From positions 14,508,001 through 14,572,000 of the forward strand of contig OZ365115.1 in the NCBI GenBank assembly GCA_977030845.1: 64,000 nt of DNA. The letters are read 5' to 3'. A program made the position numbers and the translations under genes. Positions 36,984 through 51,709 of this stretch are shown piece by piece. Origin of the DNA: Fimbriosthenelais zetlandica (lineage: Eukaryota). Numbering within the stretch: the stretch's first letter is position 1; each line of letters opens with the position of its first letter. The notes below the pieces were generated by a model that worked only from the letters and a program-made list of their open reading frames with translations, was not told the DNA's origin and made no database searches.

Positions 36984-38504
36984 GTGTTTTTCTGGCATCG
37001 CCCATCACACTGTTGTAGCAGAATGCAGCCCCACCAAAAGACAACATAATTGTCTGCCGACTTAGACATGCAATACGCTGTGACATGGTATTGAACCAAA
37101 ACCTGCATCAGTGGAGTCCGGCCTTTAATGATGGTTTACAGCAAAATCGCACCAGTGAATCCTGCCTTAATGACTACCGTCAGCTCTACCCTTCATAATA
37201 ATAATTAGTAGACGAATTAATTATCACATTAGAAAAAAAAGCACACCCTTTCTTGCTGAGAAATGAATTTTAATATAATTATCACATTAGGCGTGTTTAA
37301 TGAGGTGTAGTGTTTGTTTGTGACTTCGGCTCTGTGTTTGTGGGGGGGGGGGATCAGTCAGGGGGGGGGGGGGTGAGGACTAATTAGCCTGTATTGGTAG
37401 AGTAATGAAAGCTTTGATCCCAGTCCAGGCTTGATCCCCGTCACGCTCTGCTGATTACAGATCTCCATCAGAGAATCTCGTCATTAAATTTTAAACGGTG
37501 AACTCAGGGAGGATTGTACCCAACCTGACCTACTCACTCAAACTGCCGACTAAAGTTGGATCCGATTCTCTATCCGGCTCCATCCGATAACTGTCCGAAG
37601 CTATATTTCTATTTACACCAAGTGCTTGTTATTTTAGCAGTCCTTTACACTTAGGTAAGGCTAACAATGGACACAATTTCAATCTTTAGATGTCAAATGT
37701 TAGAAATAGGGGTTCGGATGGCAAGGGATTGGAGAATTGGATTAGTGTGATTAGAGAATCGGATTAGTGTGTTCTAAGCTTTAGGATATACAGTTAAGCA
37801 CAGTTTCCACTGTTTTGGAAAGTCCTGGGAAAAGGGATGATTAGGGAAAGTTATGGAAAAGTTATGGAATCATGACAAAATTTCTGCATTGCCATGCGAA
37901 AATTTTTTGTTTCAATTTTCGTCATCTGGCTTTGTCTTCTTGCCGTAGTGGAGCCGCGAACTTCGCAAAAGTCTTAAGGCAGTTTCCATATTAGTGCAGA
38001 CCCTAGCAAGACTGCAAGTTTGCAAGACGAGTTATTAACGGATATATATTAGCCATTGTACGACCAAAGGCTAAAACATAGTATACTTTGTGCAACGCAG
38101 CCATAGATAATAGTAAAGGCCGAGTAAAGCCTACATTAGCGTGTTTTATACACAGGCTTCGCACCTTAAGGTGATGTAGATATGTGGGTATTATTTGAGC
38201 TCAGGTTGGGAGCAGATGTGAGCATACTTGAGAATGTTCATGTACACAAAGTAGAGAACAAAGACGGCAAGGACTGGATCAGACGCTCCAGGCCAACTAA
38301 AGGAACGAGCTGTTTCCTACATGTATATTTAAGGCTAACGTCGGACTTCAGAGGCACGGGCCTTACAAATGTGACCACCACTGGGAGGGAAACAATTGTG
38401 GTCGTCCATTAGACTTCGTACTGTGTCATTCTTTTAACTGTAACTTTAGTGATCATGTTTAGGGTTACCTTGGCTTGGTAAATGTCTCCGACTTTCTCTT
38501 ACCA

Positions 38505-38815
38505 AGTCAGTGGGAGACATAACTGGCCTTTGATATCTCAGTTAGAAGCAACGGGTGGGGAAGAATTCGGGAGACTGCTTGGGGAATCGAACCTGCAACC
38601 TGTCCCCTTTAGGGGGAAAGAAACTGCAGCCAAATAACCCACTGTATAGGCTTATCTTTACACGTCTCTCGACCCAGACAGTGGGAGACATGGCTGGCCT
38701 TTTACATGCCTCTCACCTCAGACAGTGGGAGACATGGCTGGCCTTTTACATGCCTCTCACCTCAGACAGTGGGAGACATATCTGGCCTTTGATACCCCAG
38801 TTAGCAGCACTGGGT
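38505..38815 (-). mobile_element. Two adjacent SINE copies (one with B-box head, one headless), duplicated at about 42495-42805
   Basis: Reverse-complement B-box GGTTCGATTCCCC at 38581-38593 followed by the core; second copy 38660-38815 with tail units and core. Confidence 0.65.
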
Positions 38816-38869
38816 AAAGAGTTTACTGGCAAATTTGGAGAATGCTTTCGGAATTAAACCATCCCATTT

Positions 38870-41800
38870 ACTCTCACCAATCTTTCTGTGTGCATAGAGT
38901 CAGATTATTCGTTCATATTTGCATCGCTGCTGTTGTTTTTCGCAACAATTTGCAGTGGGGCTACAGCTGTCTATGACCTAAGTTGGTTTCTAGTATTTTC
39001 TCCGCCAATGCCCAGCCTAGAATCTGGGTCAAACAGTATGAATATAGGTCATAGTAAGGAGTTTAAAACTCATCGATGATCAGTGATAAATCCTCTTTAA
39101 ATGATTATAGAAAAGGAAAACATTCTTAAGCAAATCTCTGGTTATTAACTGTATCTCTCTCACTCTTCTCAGCGAAAGAATCTTGGGCCAGAATTGATGT
39201 TGTTAATGGGGCCAACGCTATGCAATCATTCTTTATTTGTTTGTTTTATTTTTAAGATCATATCAGCAATTTCTCAGTAGTCTCAATAATATTTACCAAT
39301 AGAAAGCTAAGCTAGGCTTTCTGTCCATGAGTTGGTATTGTCTGGTAGTACATTGTATTGGGTTCTGGTAATGATGTAGACTGGGTAGCATGTGAGTGAG
39401 TGGGATGGAGCAGTAAAAGACACTACCCTCGTCCCACGGGACTCACAACCCTCCCACGGGAAGTGACATCATCATGAAAGGTGACGACATTACGTCCCCA
39501 CGACGCGTCGCCATGACAACTGTTTTATTTACTGATGTATGAGTTATTTCCGCTCCCCGACTTACATGGTCTTGTGTTTCGATATCTCTACATGTTCCAT
39601 CATCATGCCTGACCATTTCATGAATGTATATTGCCCATTTCCAGACTCATTCTTCTCCCTTAACTTCCCCCTCTTTTCTTCCCCCTAGACTTGTCCGAGT
39701 CTTTGTATTGTTCTTTTGTCTTTGTCTATGAGAAACCAATGTAGCTAGGTTTCTATTTTATTTTCTATATTATTTTCTATTCCTGAACCTTTATTCACCA
39801 TTCACCTTTATTTATTGCATGCAATAATTGCTTTATTTTGTTTTATCCTAACCTCCACAATGATTTTTGCCTGTCGGAATTCTGCCATTATTACCTCGAG
39901 AATTGCCCCATTTATCAATCCTATCCGCTCCCCTGTTTCATGACTATAAAATATATTAGAATTGCACTTCTTGGCTAAAAAAAACTATATTGGATATTAC
40001 AAAAGCCGCTTATACTGAAAAATGTTTTCAGGAATGCTTGTCTGGTTCGTTTCCAATTTGTTTGAATTGCTGCACATAGTTTAGCAGAAATCAATAGGGA
40101 AGTCGTCGGCCTTGGTATGACGTGGGTTGGCGTCGCCATGCCGACCATTGGACCATTCACCTCTGACCTCTCGTCAATTCCCGCGGGCCCGAGATCACGC
40201 GAGACTTCATGAATGGGCGAGACTTGGAGCCGGGGAGTTGTTGGTTGGAGTGGGAAGAGCTATGAAAGGAGAGGAAAGGAAATCATGAAAAATTGACATG
40301 TTAAAATTGTAAGTGTTCGTGCTGAATTTTTTGGCTGAATTCAAGGGGAAGGGATGATTGGGAAGACGGGTGGGGGAGGGAAGGATGGGAGGGAGGGAGG
40401 GGGAAGAAGTGGTAGTGAGGGCGAGTCATAAAATGGCAAACTTGGCGAGGACCCATCATTCGGGGGCGAGAAGGTCAGGGAGGGTGTTGGAAATGATCAG
40501 GATGCTCATTGTCTGTACGATGAAGTGAATGAACGGCAGGGAGAAAGCCAAGGCGAAATTTTGTCGGTGAATTATTTTATTCTAAGATCAGTAATTCTAA
40601 GATTCATGCCATCAGTAAAAAAAAATCCTTTTGTCTTTTCTTTATCTGTATATATCTCTGTCTCTGTGTATGTCTGTCCCTCTCTCTATCTCCCTCCCAT
40701 CTCTGTCTGTTTCTGACTTTCTGTCTGTCCCCATTTCNNNNNNNNNNNNNNNNNNNNNNNNNNNNNNNNNNNNNNNNNNNNNNNNNNNNNNNNNNNNNNN
40801 NNNNNNNNNNNNNNNNNNNNNNNNNNNNNNNNNNNNNNNNNNNNNNNNNNNNNNNNNNNNNNNNNNNNNNNNNNNNNNNNNNNNNNNNNNNNNNNNNNNN
40901 NNNNNNNNNNNNNNNNNNNNNNNNNNNNNNNNNNNNNNNNNNNNNNNNNNNNNNNNNNNNNNNNNNNNNNNGTGTTTTTCTGGCATCGCCCATCACACTG
41001 TTGTAGCAGAATGCAGCCCCACCAAAAGACAACATAATTGTCTGCCGACTTAGACATGCAATACGCTGTGACATGGTATTGAACCAAAACCTGCATCAGT
41101 GGAGTCCGGCCTTTAATGATGGTTTACAGCAAAATCGCACCAGTGAATCCTGCCTTAATGACTACCGTCAGCTCTACCCTTCATAATAATAATTAGTAGA
41201 CGAATTAATTATCACATTAGAAAAAAAAGCACACCCTTTCTTGCTGAGAAATGAATTTTAATATAATTATCACATTAGGCGTGTTTAATGAGGTGTAGTG
41301 TTTGTTTGTGACTTCGGCTCTGTGTTTGTGGGGGGGGGGGGATCAGTCAGGGGGGGGGGGGGGTGAGGACTAATTAGCCTGTATTGGTAGAGTAATGAAA
41401 GCTTTGATCCCAGTCCAGGCTTGATCCCCGTCACGCTCTGCTGATTACAGATCTCCATCAGAGAAACTCGTCATTAAATTTTAAACGGTGAACTCAGGGA
41501 GGATTGTACCCAACCTGACCTACTCACTCAAACTGCCGACTAAAGTTGGATCCGATTCTCTATCCGGCTCCATCCGATAACTGTCCGAAGCTATATTTCT
41601 ATTTACACCAAGTGCTTGTTATTTTAGCAGTCCTTTACACTTAGGTAAGGCTAACAATGGACACAATTTCAATCTTTAGATGTCAAATGTTAGAAATAGG
41701 GGTTCGGATGGCAAGGGATTGGAGAATTGGATTAGTGTGATTAGAGAATCGGATTAGTGTGTTCTAAGCTTTAGGATATACAGTTAAGCACAGTTTCCAC

Positions 41801-42860
41801 TGTTTTGGAAAGTCCTGGGAAAAGGGATGATTAGGGAAAGTTATGGAAAAGTTATGGAATCATGACAAAATTTCTGCATTGCCATGCGAAAATTTTTTGT
41901 TTCAATTTTCGTCATCTGGCTTTGTCTTCTTGCCGTAGTGGAGCCGCGAACTTCGCAAAAGTCTTAAGGCAGTTTCCATATTAGTGCAGACCCTAGCAAG
42001 ACTGCAAGTTTGCAAGACGAGTTATTAACGGATATATATTAGCCATTGTACGACCAAAGGCTAAAACATAGTATACTTTGTGCAACGCAGCCATAGATAA
42101 TAGTAAAGGCCGAGTAAAGCCTACATTAGCGTGTTTTATACACAGGCTTCGCACCTTAAGGTGATGTAGATATGTGGGTATTATTTGAGCTCAGGTTGGG
42201 AGCAGATGTGAGCATACTTGAGAATGTTCATGTACACAAAGTAGAGAACAAAGACGGCAAGGACTGGATCAGACGCTCCAGGCCAACTAAAGGAACGAGC
42301 TGTTTCCTACATGTATATTTAAGGCTAACGTCGGACTTCAGAGGCACGGGCCTTACAAATGTGACCACCACTGGGAGGGAAACAATTGTGGTCGTCCATT
42401 AGACTTCGTACTGTGTCATTCTTTTAACTGTAACTTTAGTGATCATGTTTAGGGTTACCTTGGCTTGGTAAATGTCTCCGACTTTCTCTTACCAAGTCAG
42501 TGGGAGACATAACTGGCCTTTGATATCTCAGTTAGAAGCAACGGGTGGGGAAGAATTCGGGAGACTGCTTGGGGAATCGAACCTGCAACCTGTCCCCTTT
42601 AGGGGGAAAGAAACTGCAGCCAAATAACCCACTGTATAGGCTTATCTTTACACGTCTCTCGACCCAGACAGTGGGAGACATGGCTGGCCTTTTACATGCC
42701 TCTCACCTCAGACAGTGGGAGACATGGCTGGCCTTTTACATGCCTCTCACCTCAGACAGTGGGAGACATATCTGGCCTTTGATACCCCAGTTAGCAGCAC
42801 TGGGTAAAGAGTTTACTGGCAAATTTGGAGAATGCTTTCGGAATTAAACCATCCCATTTA
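38870..42860. repeat. Tandem duplication unit 2 (about 3.99 kb)
   Basis: Differs from unit 1 by gap length (234 vs 206 N), a G-run length and one visible substitution (gagaatctcg vs gagaaactcg). Confidence 0.95.
40738..40971. other. Assembly gap (234 N)
   Basis: Run of N at the same relative position as the gap in duplication unit 1. Confidence 0.99.
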
Positions 42861-45800
42861 GGGAAGAAGTAACATCTTGGAGAAGAAACTTGTGTTTCGC
42901 TTGGCCTGGAGGACATGAGGGGGTGGTTATAGGTGACCCTCGGTGTCCACTCCCCGCCTCACCTGATCCGGGCTGGAGCTGGGCCTGGAGTAACTGATCC
43001 TCCGGCCTCCCACCTTCACCTCCAGGGTCAGCGGGGTGAGTAAACGCCCGGGGAACGCTGGAGTAAACCTCGAGTGGTACACGAGTGGTAGAAGAGGGTC
43101 GGCGGTATGTCTTTATATCACTCGTGCCGTTTATCAACTCCTGATCTATTAACTTAACTCCTGTGATTTATATGGATCTTGTTGAGCCCTCAGATCTATC
43201 TATTATGGTCTGAAAATGATACTTAAATCAACTAAGATTATCCAAATGATATCATACTAAATCAAACAACAAGTACGGAGAAAGGCGGAGATTGTCCTAG
43301 TGATGTTATACTTAAATCTACTGAGATTTCTGAGATATCGTTGCCCCTACCAGAATCATAGAATTTGTAATTGTTGCTTCTCATAAGATTGCTCATATAT
43401 ATGGTTGTTCTTATGATTTTGAACAAAATATAATTCAATTTTATTCAGGAGGCTAAGCGTATATGTTTTAAATTAATTACATAAAAAGAAGCTCTACCTA
43501 CAGCAAAGGGTTTAATATAGTATATTGGTTCCTTAATGCCCAATAGCTAGGTATTGTATATTTGAAATTGGAAAATTGACAGTAACATTATTTTTAGCCT
43601 TTTTCACTCTTTACCTGTAATGTGATTTACAGTTTTCAGGATTTAACTTACACTCTGGAACCGACACTGGGAGAAATCACTTTATTTCATCCAAATCACT
43701 TGTGAAATGCTCACATAAAAATCCCCCGGGAATAATATGGGTTCGCTCGGGAGTAATTCCATTGAGTAAGTGCTCGCACCTGGTTATGAAGATATCTGTG
43801 TAAAAATCACACCCCTACTATACCAGAATCCATCAACCCATCACCCTACCTGTCCCCCCTGTCATCTATAATGGTACGGTCCCTCATCCAGTGAGTCAAG
43901 CCCCCATCCCCCCTGTATGGTGAGGTGGTTGCTTCCAGGCCGGTCTCAGAGCGCGTGATAAGCAGGGAAGGTTTACAGTCGGCTTTGGGCTAGTCACTGG
44001 AGCAGAGTACCACACTCCAAAAACACTACCCCTCACTCCTCACACCAACTGATTCCACCCCTAAATCCCTCCACTATTGGATTAACTAAACCCCACAGAC
44101 ATATCTCATTATCAGAGGGATTAACACATTGAATTTTGATGTTATTTACTAAAGCGTTGCCATAGATACTGGATATTACCTTGGAGTCATCAGTGCAGTA
44201 GTAGTAGTCAACTGGATGGTTGTTCGTTTCCAAGGCAACTGGTAAGTGCGGCTTGTTGCTGGTGAGGGGAGAGGGAGAGGGATGTGGGATGGATGGGTCG
44301 GGGAGAGGGATGTGGGATGGGTGGGTGGGGTATAGCTTTCCCACCCCTACTAACCCCTGCAGTTAGACATTAGCACCTCGATTTATAAACTATCCCACTG
44401 AGGGGGTCCTAAACTCCCAAACCTATACTATTCCATCCAGTCACCCCTCGCCCTATCTCCAGGGGCAGACTTTGACATCTAGGGTGGTGATAGGACAATG
44501 TACAGACCCTTAGGAAGGGCACAGGCCCTTCAAACGACAAGCACCAAAACTTGATAGTCCCCTTTGTCGGATTGCCAGATTACAAACTTTTCACAAGTGT
44601 TTCACAAGAGAGTTGGCCCTATTTGGATCTCCTACTTGTGGTTTCTAAGACTTTTGCGAACTTGTCGTGCTTCTTCCATGTCTCAAATGTTTGACAAATT
44701 TCTGGTAGCTTTTGGTGTCACATTAATCCATTGACAAATCCATAAATGCTGTTGTTAATACTTAGTCAGAAGCCTGAATCATCCACAACCAAAATTAGTC
44801 CACTTTTAGTCACTTGTCATTGCTTTGAGACGAAACCAGATCAAATCTATTCCACTTTTCAGTGGAATTCTTTCAGAACAACCTTTTCACCCGTTTAAAA
44901 GCAACGATTAGCAATGCTAAGTCTATGGGGAATCCTTGCGCTGAAACAGGTCCCAGATGTCAAAATATTTAAATTTTGTCATGAAACTTAATGTTATGAC
45001 ATATTGGGATAATAGCATGAGGTAATGATTAGATTGGTGAGATAATCCGTGGATTAGTGAGGTCAGGTATTCAGCTGTAGACTATATATATACACCTGTT
45101 ACTGACTAACCTGCTCCATGATTCCAGTAATGGTTGAATATGTCCATCCTCTCCTACCGTCCATCCTCTCCCACCTCCCTCAATCCCTCTACCATACTCC
45201 ACAGATATCAAGGTCTCATTTCATAACAGATAATAGCAATTACATCATGAAACGTCTCCCATGCAAGGTTGCAGATATTCTACCAACGAGAGTAGGAAGA
45301 AGTTCTAACTATATATATACTCGTTGATTCTACCAATTGCCTTTTTTCATGAAATTTCCCAATTTTCAGGAATATTACTGATTTGCACATCTTTTGCACC
45401 TTTTCTCAAGGCATTTGGGAAAAATCCCTTTCAAGATCTTAGAGTACATGTACTCTAAGCAAAGATAAAGTTTTCTACTCCATGGCTACAGTATACAGTA
45501 TTTTAGAAGCATATATAATGTAATACCAAAAGATACCCTTCAATAATGGCAGGATTGCTTTGGACTTGTCAGATCCATGAATTGCATCCTGACTATAATA
45601 TTAGATGTCTAGCCGGTTTTCCTCTGTTTGGTCTATTATAGCTATATGTCTACATCTGTATTAGTGTATATTGTACCACAAGGCACGACTCACATTACAC
45701 CTAGATCTCCCAGCTTGTCATGACATCGCTGGAGGACTTGTTGCTTGCCCTTTCCACGGCTCCGCGGCAGTAATAGCTTTGTTCTGTTTGCCTTGGAGAA

Positions 45801-46097
45801 AAAATGCAATTGGTAGCTGTAGTGTCGGACAATATACACTGACAGTTATACCTGTGTTTAGCCTGGACCAAAACAACCATGTTATATAATCTATATTGTG
45901 GGACTGTTCATGGCTGAAAATGAATGCAAGAATGAAGGATCGAGATAAGACGGTGGCATCATTTTGAGTGAGGAAAGAGTAGTTTTTGAGAAAGAGTATA
46001 GTTTTTGAGTTCTTTTGTAACCAACGATAGGAATAAGAGATATGGTGCATATGGAATACTGTTAGTGAAAGAGAGACAGTGATGGGAGGGAGAGAAT

Positions 46098-46272
46098 TAC
46101 AGATGATTCAGAGAGAGAGAGAGGATTGTGTGAGAGAGAGGGAGGATTGTGAGAGAGAGAGAGAGGGAGGATTGTGAGAGAGAGGGAGGATTGTGTGAGA
46201 GGGAGGGAGGATTGTGTGAGAGAGAGAGAGGGAGGATTGTGAGAGAGAGAGGGAGGATTGTGAGAAAAATGA
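46098..46272. repeat. Compound minisatellite (ggaggattgtg + GA run, about 7 units)
   Basis: Unit of roughly 20-27 bp repeated directly. Confidence 0.85.
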
Positions 46273-49200
46273 GAGGATAAGGCAGACAGAGAGGGGAGTG
46301 AGAGAGTGAGAGACAGAGCGAGACAGAGAGAGGATTGAGAGACACGGGAGGAGAGAGAGCAAGTATAGAGATCGAGTGAGATCTTGAGGAATAGAAAGTT
46401 AGAAAGGAATATAGGAAGTGAGTAGCCTGCTCTATAGCAGTCTGCTGCAAGGCTGGCGATAGACTGGCTATTAAAGGTATAAAGTCAATAGTGATTTGGA
46501 TCTAATCGTATAGATGAGGCCTGCTGGCTTCTCTCAACCATTATTTCTCTCATTCCGCCTCTGTTTTATAGCAATATCTGATCATCTCTGTGACTGTTCA
46601 GTCGGTACAAAGCACAGATTCCCTGCAAAGAGATGCTGGGACTGGACTCAAACTGAGGAACTTAGAAAGATATGCTGCATTAACTTGCAGACTTATGAAA
46701 CAGACTTGTGCATCCCTCATATCATATGAAATGGACATGGGTCACCCTTGTTTCCCTTTCGTACTAAAAGGCTACTGCTGAGCATGCTATTAAAGAGTCA
46801 GAAGAGTCAGAGGTTAGACTATAGAAAGTGATCGACCCACAGTTCGACCACTGAAATCATCTGAACCAAATGTTTTAATTTACTTTTACCACATACTCAA
46901 TAAAGCGATCATATCCCAAGGCTAGTCGTATTAGTGAGACTGTGACTCCACTATATTTATTCATAGGTTCATTATATTTAGTTGTAAAATGACACCTTAG
47001 TTTGATGTAAATGTCCTTACTCATTAGAAATCACCGACCGTTTGATAGTCATCAATTCATGTCTGGGCTGTTTATCTCCTTTTATAAATTAGGCTAACGA
47101 GTAGAGAGGGGGGCAGTGAGAGTACTTACCCGTTAATCCCTAATCTAACTCGTTAAGTCGGCTGCCACATTCCTTAATGCTTCAGTCGCCCGCACCGCGG
47201 CGCGCCAGTCTGGTGGTGAGGCGACAGGGTGAATAGGGACAGGCTAGAAGGTATGAGACGGGGAAGAGAAGAGCGAGAAACGGAGAGAGGAGAGGGAGAA
47301 AAGAAGAGATTGATGAGTATGGCGGGAGAAACAAGGGGAGAAAAGGGTGAGAGGAGGGGAAGGAATGAGTCAGGAGGGAGGGATGGGCTGTGGAGAGAGC
47401 TATAGGGAGGAGGGAATAGGAAAGAAGGGAAGTGAAGAGACGAATTATAAGGGCAGATTTGGGGAGCAAATGTTCGGAGGATTGCATTCCAATTCAAACT
47501 TTATTTAACAGATTAGTTCATTACTTCACGTGATTTCGTGATAAAGTCAAGATAATGAAAGATTCTTTCATATTAACTGTACGTAAATTGTAGTGTAAAC
47601 TGATATCGATCATGTAAACTTTCTACATCTTTTTATTCGGAAAAAAATCATTAAATCCTTGAAATAATTCACGATTTCTGATACAAATTATATCAAAAAT
47701 TTTAATCTAAGACAATTTGCGAGACAATCATCGTTTACAAAGCGACCTCTTCAAGCAGTCAGTGTCTTTTATTTGCGTCTTTCATCAGATCAGATTGGCT
47801 ATCTCTTCCTTCCCTCTCCCCGCCATCCCTGATAAGCCACGTTCTCCATTCTCCACTCTACGTTTGAAGCATCTTAGTCTAATCTTTGATTAATGGGAAC
47901 TATTTACTACCCCTCACTCCCTGGTGATAAATCCTGACCGCTCCTAACCGCTTATCACGGCCCTCTTATCTCCCCTCTCCACCAGCCTGGTCCCCGGCTT
48001 GTTTTCATTACTAAGCCTCCTGGTACCCGGTCTTTTGGTGACAGACCTTGCTCATCATCCGCTAGAGGGAGATAGGCAGAAGCACGTTCGATTGGAGTAG
48101 ATAGATGGGGTAGCAGCGTTTCGATTGGTTGTCGTCGTTGGTGGGCAACGGGGTGGTGTCGTAATCGGGATGTCGTAATATGGTGTCGTAAACTGGGTGT
48201 TTCTTGATGCGGATGGCATTCCTTTGCTCATTCCGTTCTATTGTCTTTTGAGATCGCTCATATGTTTTACACGTGTTTTCATGCAAACTGATACCACCAA
48301 ACAGTGATTAGAATAGAGAATAGGCCAGTAAAGTAATAGGCCTTAGAGTAAAATAAAACTGGCACCTCTGAATTCTCAGACACTACTGTGTGTCTGCAAA
48401 CTGTTTCCTCACAGCCCTAAATTCAGTATCGTGATTTGATTGAAACTACACTACATTCCTTTCCAATCGTAAACACAAATGGTTACATTATTTTGGCATG
48501 ACATTATTCGTTCAAATGTATCCCAATACTGAAGGACAAATTGCAGGTCCAGATGCTACACACACTGGGACGGAGTTTATGAAACGGAGGAAAGATGCCC
48601 CGCTGTGGGGAGGATGTCTCGACGTTTGCCATTATCCTTCCCCAATATTAAACACTCACTTCAAGGGCATTAACTTCTTGGAAAGTTAAATATTTCATTT
48701 GATCAGTAACCAGTGTGCCCTACCCGTGTAGAGGCCTATCTTGGATAGATTTGAATCTGATAGACCATGTCCCACCCATGATGACCCACTTTGTCAGTGA
48801 GTGCCTGCCCCGGGCCCCATCTCACCCCGGGCTGCTTCGCTTTCACACCCTGACATGGGGGAGTGGAGAGAAACCAATTTTCAGTCGTTTTTTGTTGTCT
48901 TTCCACTCCTCCTGAGTTTATCTTCCAAACACTCCCGGCATGCCATGCGGCAACACTCACGCCCCCTATTGGTGCTGAGAGCTCGTCTGATGACTGGGCG
49001 ATAATAGGGGATCTGTCCATAGACATTCATGCTACCACCCGAACTCTGTAATGCTTATCCTGCTTCGGTTGTTTTAATAACTAAAAATCTATTTTAATTT
49101 TTAGCCAGAAAAGGCTTTTACGGAAGTATTAAACTGTATAAATATCAGAGAAAGTATTTGAATCAAAATATTAGAATTTTTGTGCCGAAAGACTTTGATA

Positions 49201-51709
49201 TTTACCATTGTTTCGACAAGAATCCCAGAGATTCGGCTTGTGCATTTGCTATTCTAAAATGCTCAAAAACCCAATAGACGATTCAATGAGGAAAATGGAG
49301 GTAATTAGAATGCTATGACAGACACTGCCTTTTTTCTCCAGTTATCAGCTGAGCTAAGCTGGGAAGATTTAGTTTAAGGGAGAGATAAAGCCTGCTCCCC
49401 GCCGTGGAAGGCATTAGATGGCCAGCGACTCTTTCTAACCAAAACAAAAATTACCAGATTTGTTTACTGTCGACAGAGAGTTTCCATTTGTAAGGGAGTT
49501 ACCTACCCAGAGCTGATATCGCCCCTACTCCGAGGCAGGGATAGCCTAGCTAAAACTAGGATTTGGTGGTTTGATATTTTCTGAACAAGTGGAAACAAAG
49601 CATCCTATTATAGAAGAATCATATTACTCTCTCCTAAAAGCTTAGCATTCATTTTATTTTGGACATATTGATGTAGATCCAATGATGAAAAACCTGAAGA
49701 ATAGATATTTTTTTCAGTTCCTACTAATTTTTCATAATATTTCTGCGTTTATCTTTGTGTTTTCAAATAATTTTGTCAAATGTCCATCCATGTTTTGGTG
49801 TAGACTTTAGTGGAGTAATTGGTGGCGCCTGGATCTGCTGGAGCCTGCTCACCACCCCATGCCCCTTCCCTCATTAATTTTACTTGCTATCTGCAGCCAT
49901 AGGGTTTAACAAGTGGTCAGGAAAATAAGAGATATAGTCAGTGAGCCTTAATGTGGCCATTTAAACCCGCCAGACTTCACTTCCGGCCTGGGTGGGATTT
50001 TACTCTCTCCACGAATACTACACTTAAGCTTTAAAATCAGCGACAGTCTCATTTTAATTTGATCTTTATTCAGTTTAAATCTGTATTGAAGGTCTCTTCC
50101 TTTCCCTGTCTTTCGACGGTCTCTCCCTCTCTCTGATCTCTATACCTCTCTTGTCTCCGTCTCTCTCTGTTCCCATCTCTGTCTGTCTCGCTCCCTCTAT
50201 CTCTCTGCTCTCTCTATCTCTGTCTGTCTGACTCTGTCTCTCTCCCTCTATCTCTCTGCTCTCTCTATCTCTGTCTGTCTCTGTCTGTCTATCTCTGTCT
50301 GTCTCTCTAGTATAAAGTATCCCCTTCCATTGCTCTCCCTCTATTGCTGTCTTCCGTGCAGCTTTGTTCTCTCTCGCTTTCGTGGTTTATAAAACATACA
50401 ATGAGATATGACAGGGGCGGGGACGGGCGAGTCCGTGACCCGGGGGGCAGAAAAGGCCCTGATTGTCACCGAGATCTGACTCGGAAGGATATTTAATTTA
50501 ATCAGGCATTTTTCTGGTCCGCTGGTGGGGAATCGTGCAGTGGGTTGGATAAAATGGGACTTTTATACGCCGAATCTCCCCAGGTGGCGTGCATGCATCT
50601 GCCTTATACACGCGGAGGAATCTGTTGCTGCATCAGCACCTGCAGGAAATGCATGCGCGTAAAAAGTAGTCCCTGTCTGTCGGTCATGCATTTGTCCTGG
50701 GATAAAACTATAGCACTCACCTTCCCACATTCATTGCTTGGCAATTGAAGCCTTCTGAGTTAAAATTGCAGACTTGGTGGTTGTATTCTACCCTCTATGT
50801 TCTATTATAAAAGTTGACCAAGTCGGAGGTGGAAGAGTTTCCATATTCAGAGCGGGTTAGGGAGAGTTTATTTGTGAGGTTATTTGATCTGGTGTTCCTC
50901 TGTTTCCGGTGTGCTGTGAATAACAATTACTGGCGATATAGGGTCAGGCTAAGCCTCAGTTCACTGGTACAGAATGCAAGGCCATATTTTTCATTTTGAA
51001 GAAATATGGGTGGGTTATTTTGGGAAAGGGGTCGAGGACTAGCCCTGAAAATAGAACTTAGATCTTGCTTTGCATTCTTGTTGCATAATAACCAGATGGG
51101 CTACAGATTCCCTGTGAAACAGGCTCATTTTTCAGCGTTTACTTAGAACTCTATGAATAAAAAATGTATCAAATGGATCGAAAGAGACAGAAAGGATGTC
51201 ATTACTAATGGATTATGACCTCAAGTGACCCATTATATAAGGTTCAGCAAAAACTAGTCAATTTGATATGTAATACCATGTACCCAATTTTGCTTTCCAA
51301 TTTATTATTTATAGATTTTAATTTGAATAATGGACACAAAATTGAAGGGGAAATGGACAGAAATGGTTGAAAAATGAGACAAATTGTGAAGTTTTTGGGT
51401 TAGGGTAATACGGTATGGAGGTTAATGATTGGAGATGGAGGTGACAAAGCGGGCATAATCACACTAAATAATGTGTAATCACCCGCCCCTATCATACATA
51501 AAACATCTGCTATTAAAAACTCTCATTTCTACTATTGACAGGGCGAAAAAAAAGTGCACCTGGCCCGGAAATTGGTCATGAATTGAGGCCAAATGGTGAA
51601 TGAGTCTTAAAAAATATGGAGGGAATTAATTCAGGCCTGAGCTTTTATTAGAGGCAGATGTAATGAAGCTTTGAGGCGACTAGGACGCCCTCTATGAGAC
51701 GCGATCATC

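Larger units (their letters stand above)
34910..38869. repeat. Tandem duplication unit 1 (about 3.96 kb)
   Basis: Matches 38870-42860 almost base for base, including the position of the N gap. Confidence 0.95.

Noticed and set aside
45718-46050. 110-aa ORF with a GPCR-TM7-like look
   Set aside because: No NPxxY motif, no upstream TM-encoding sequence, and several frames are equally plausible.
48062-48286. ORF with YDTI/YDTT motifs resembling a receptor tail
   Set aside because: Non-ATG start, weak acceptor, and the motifs arise from a short gtcgtaa repeat.
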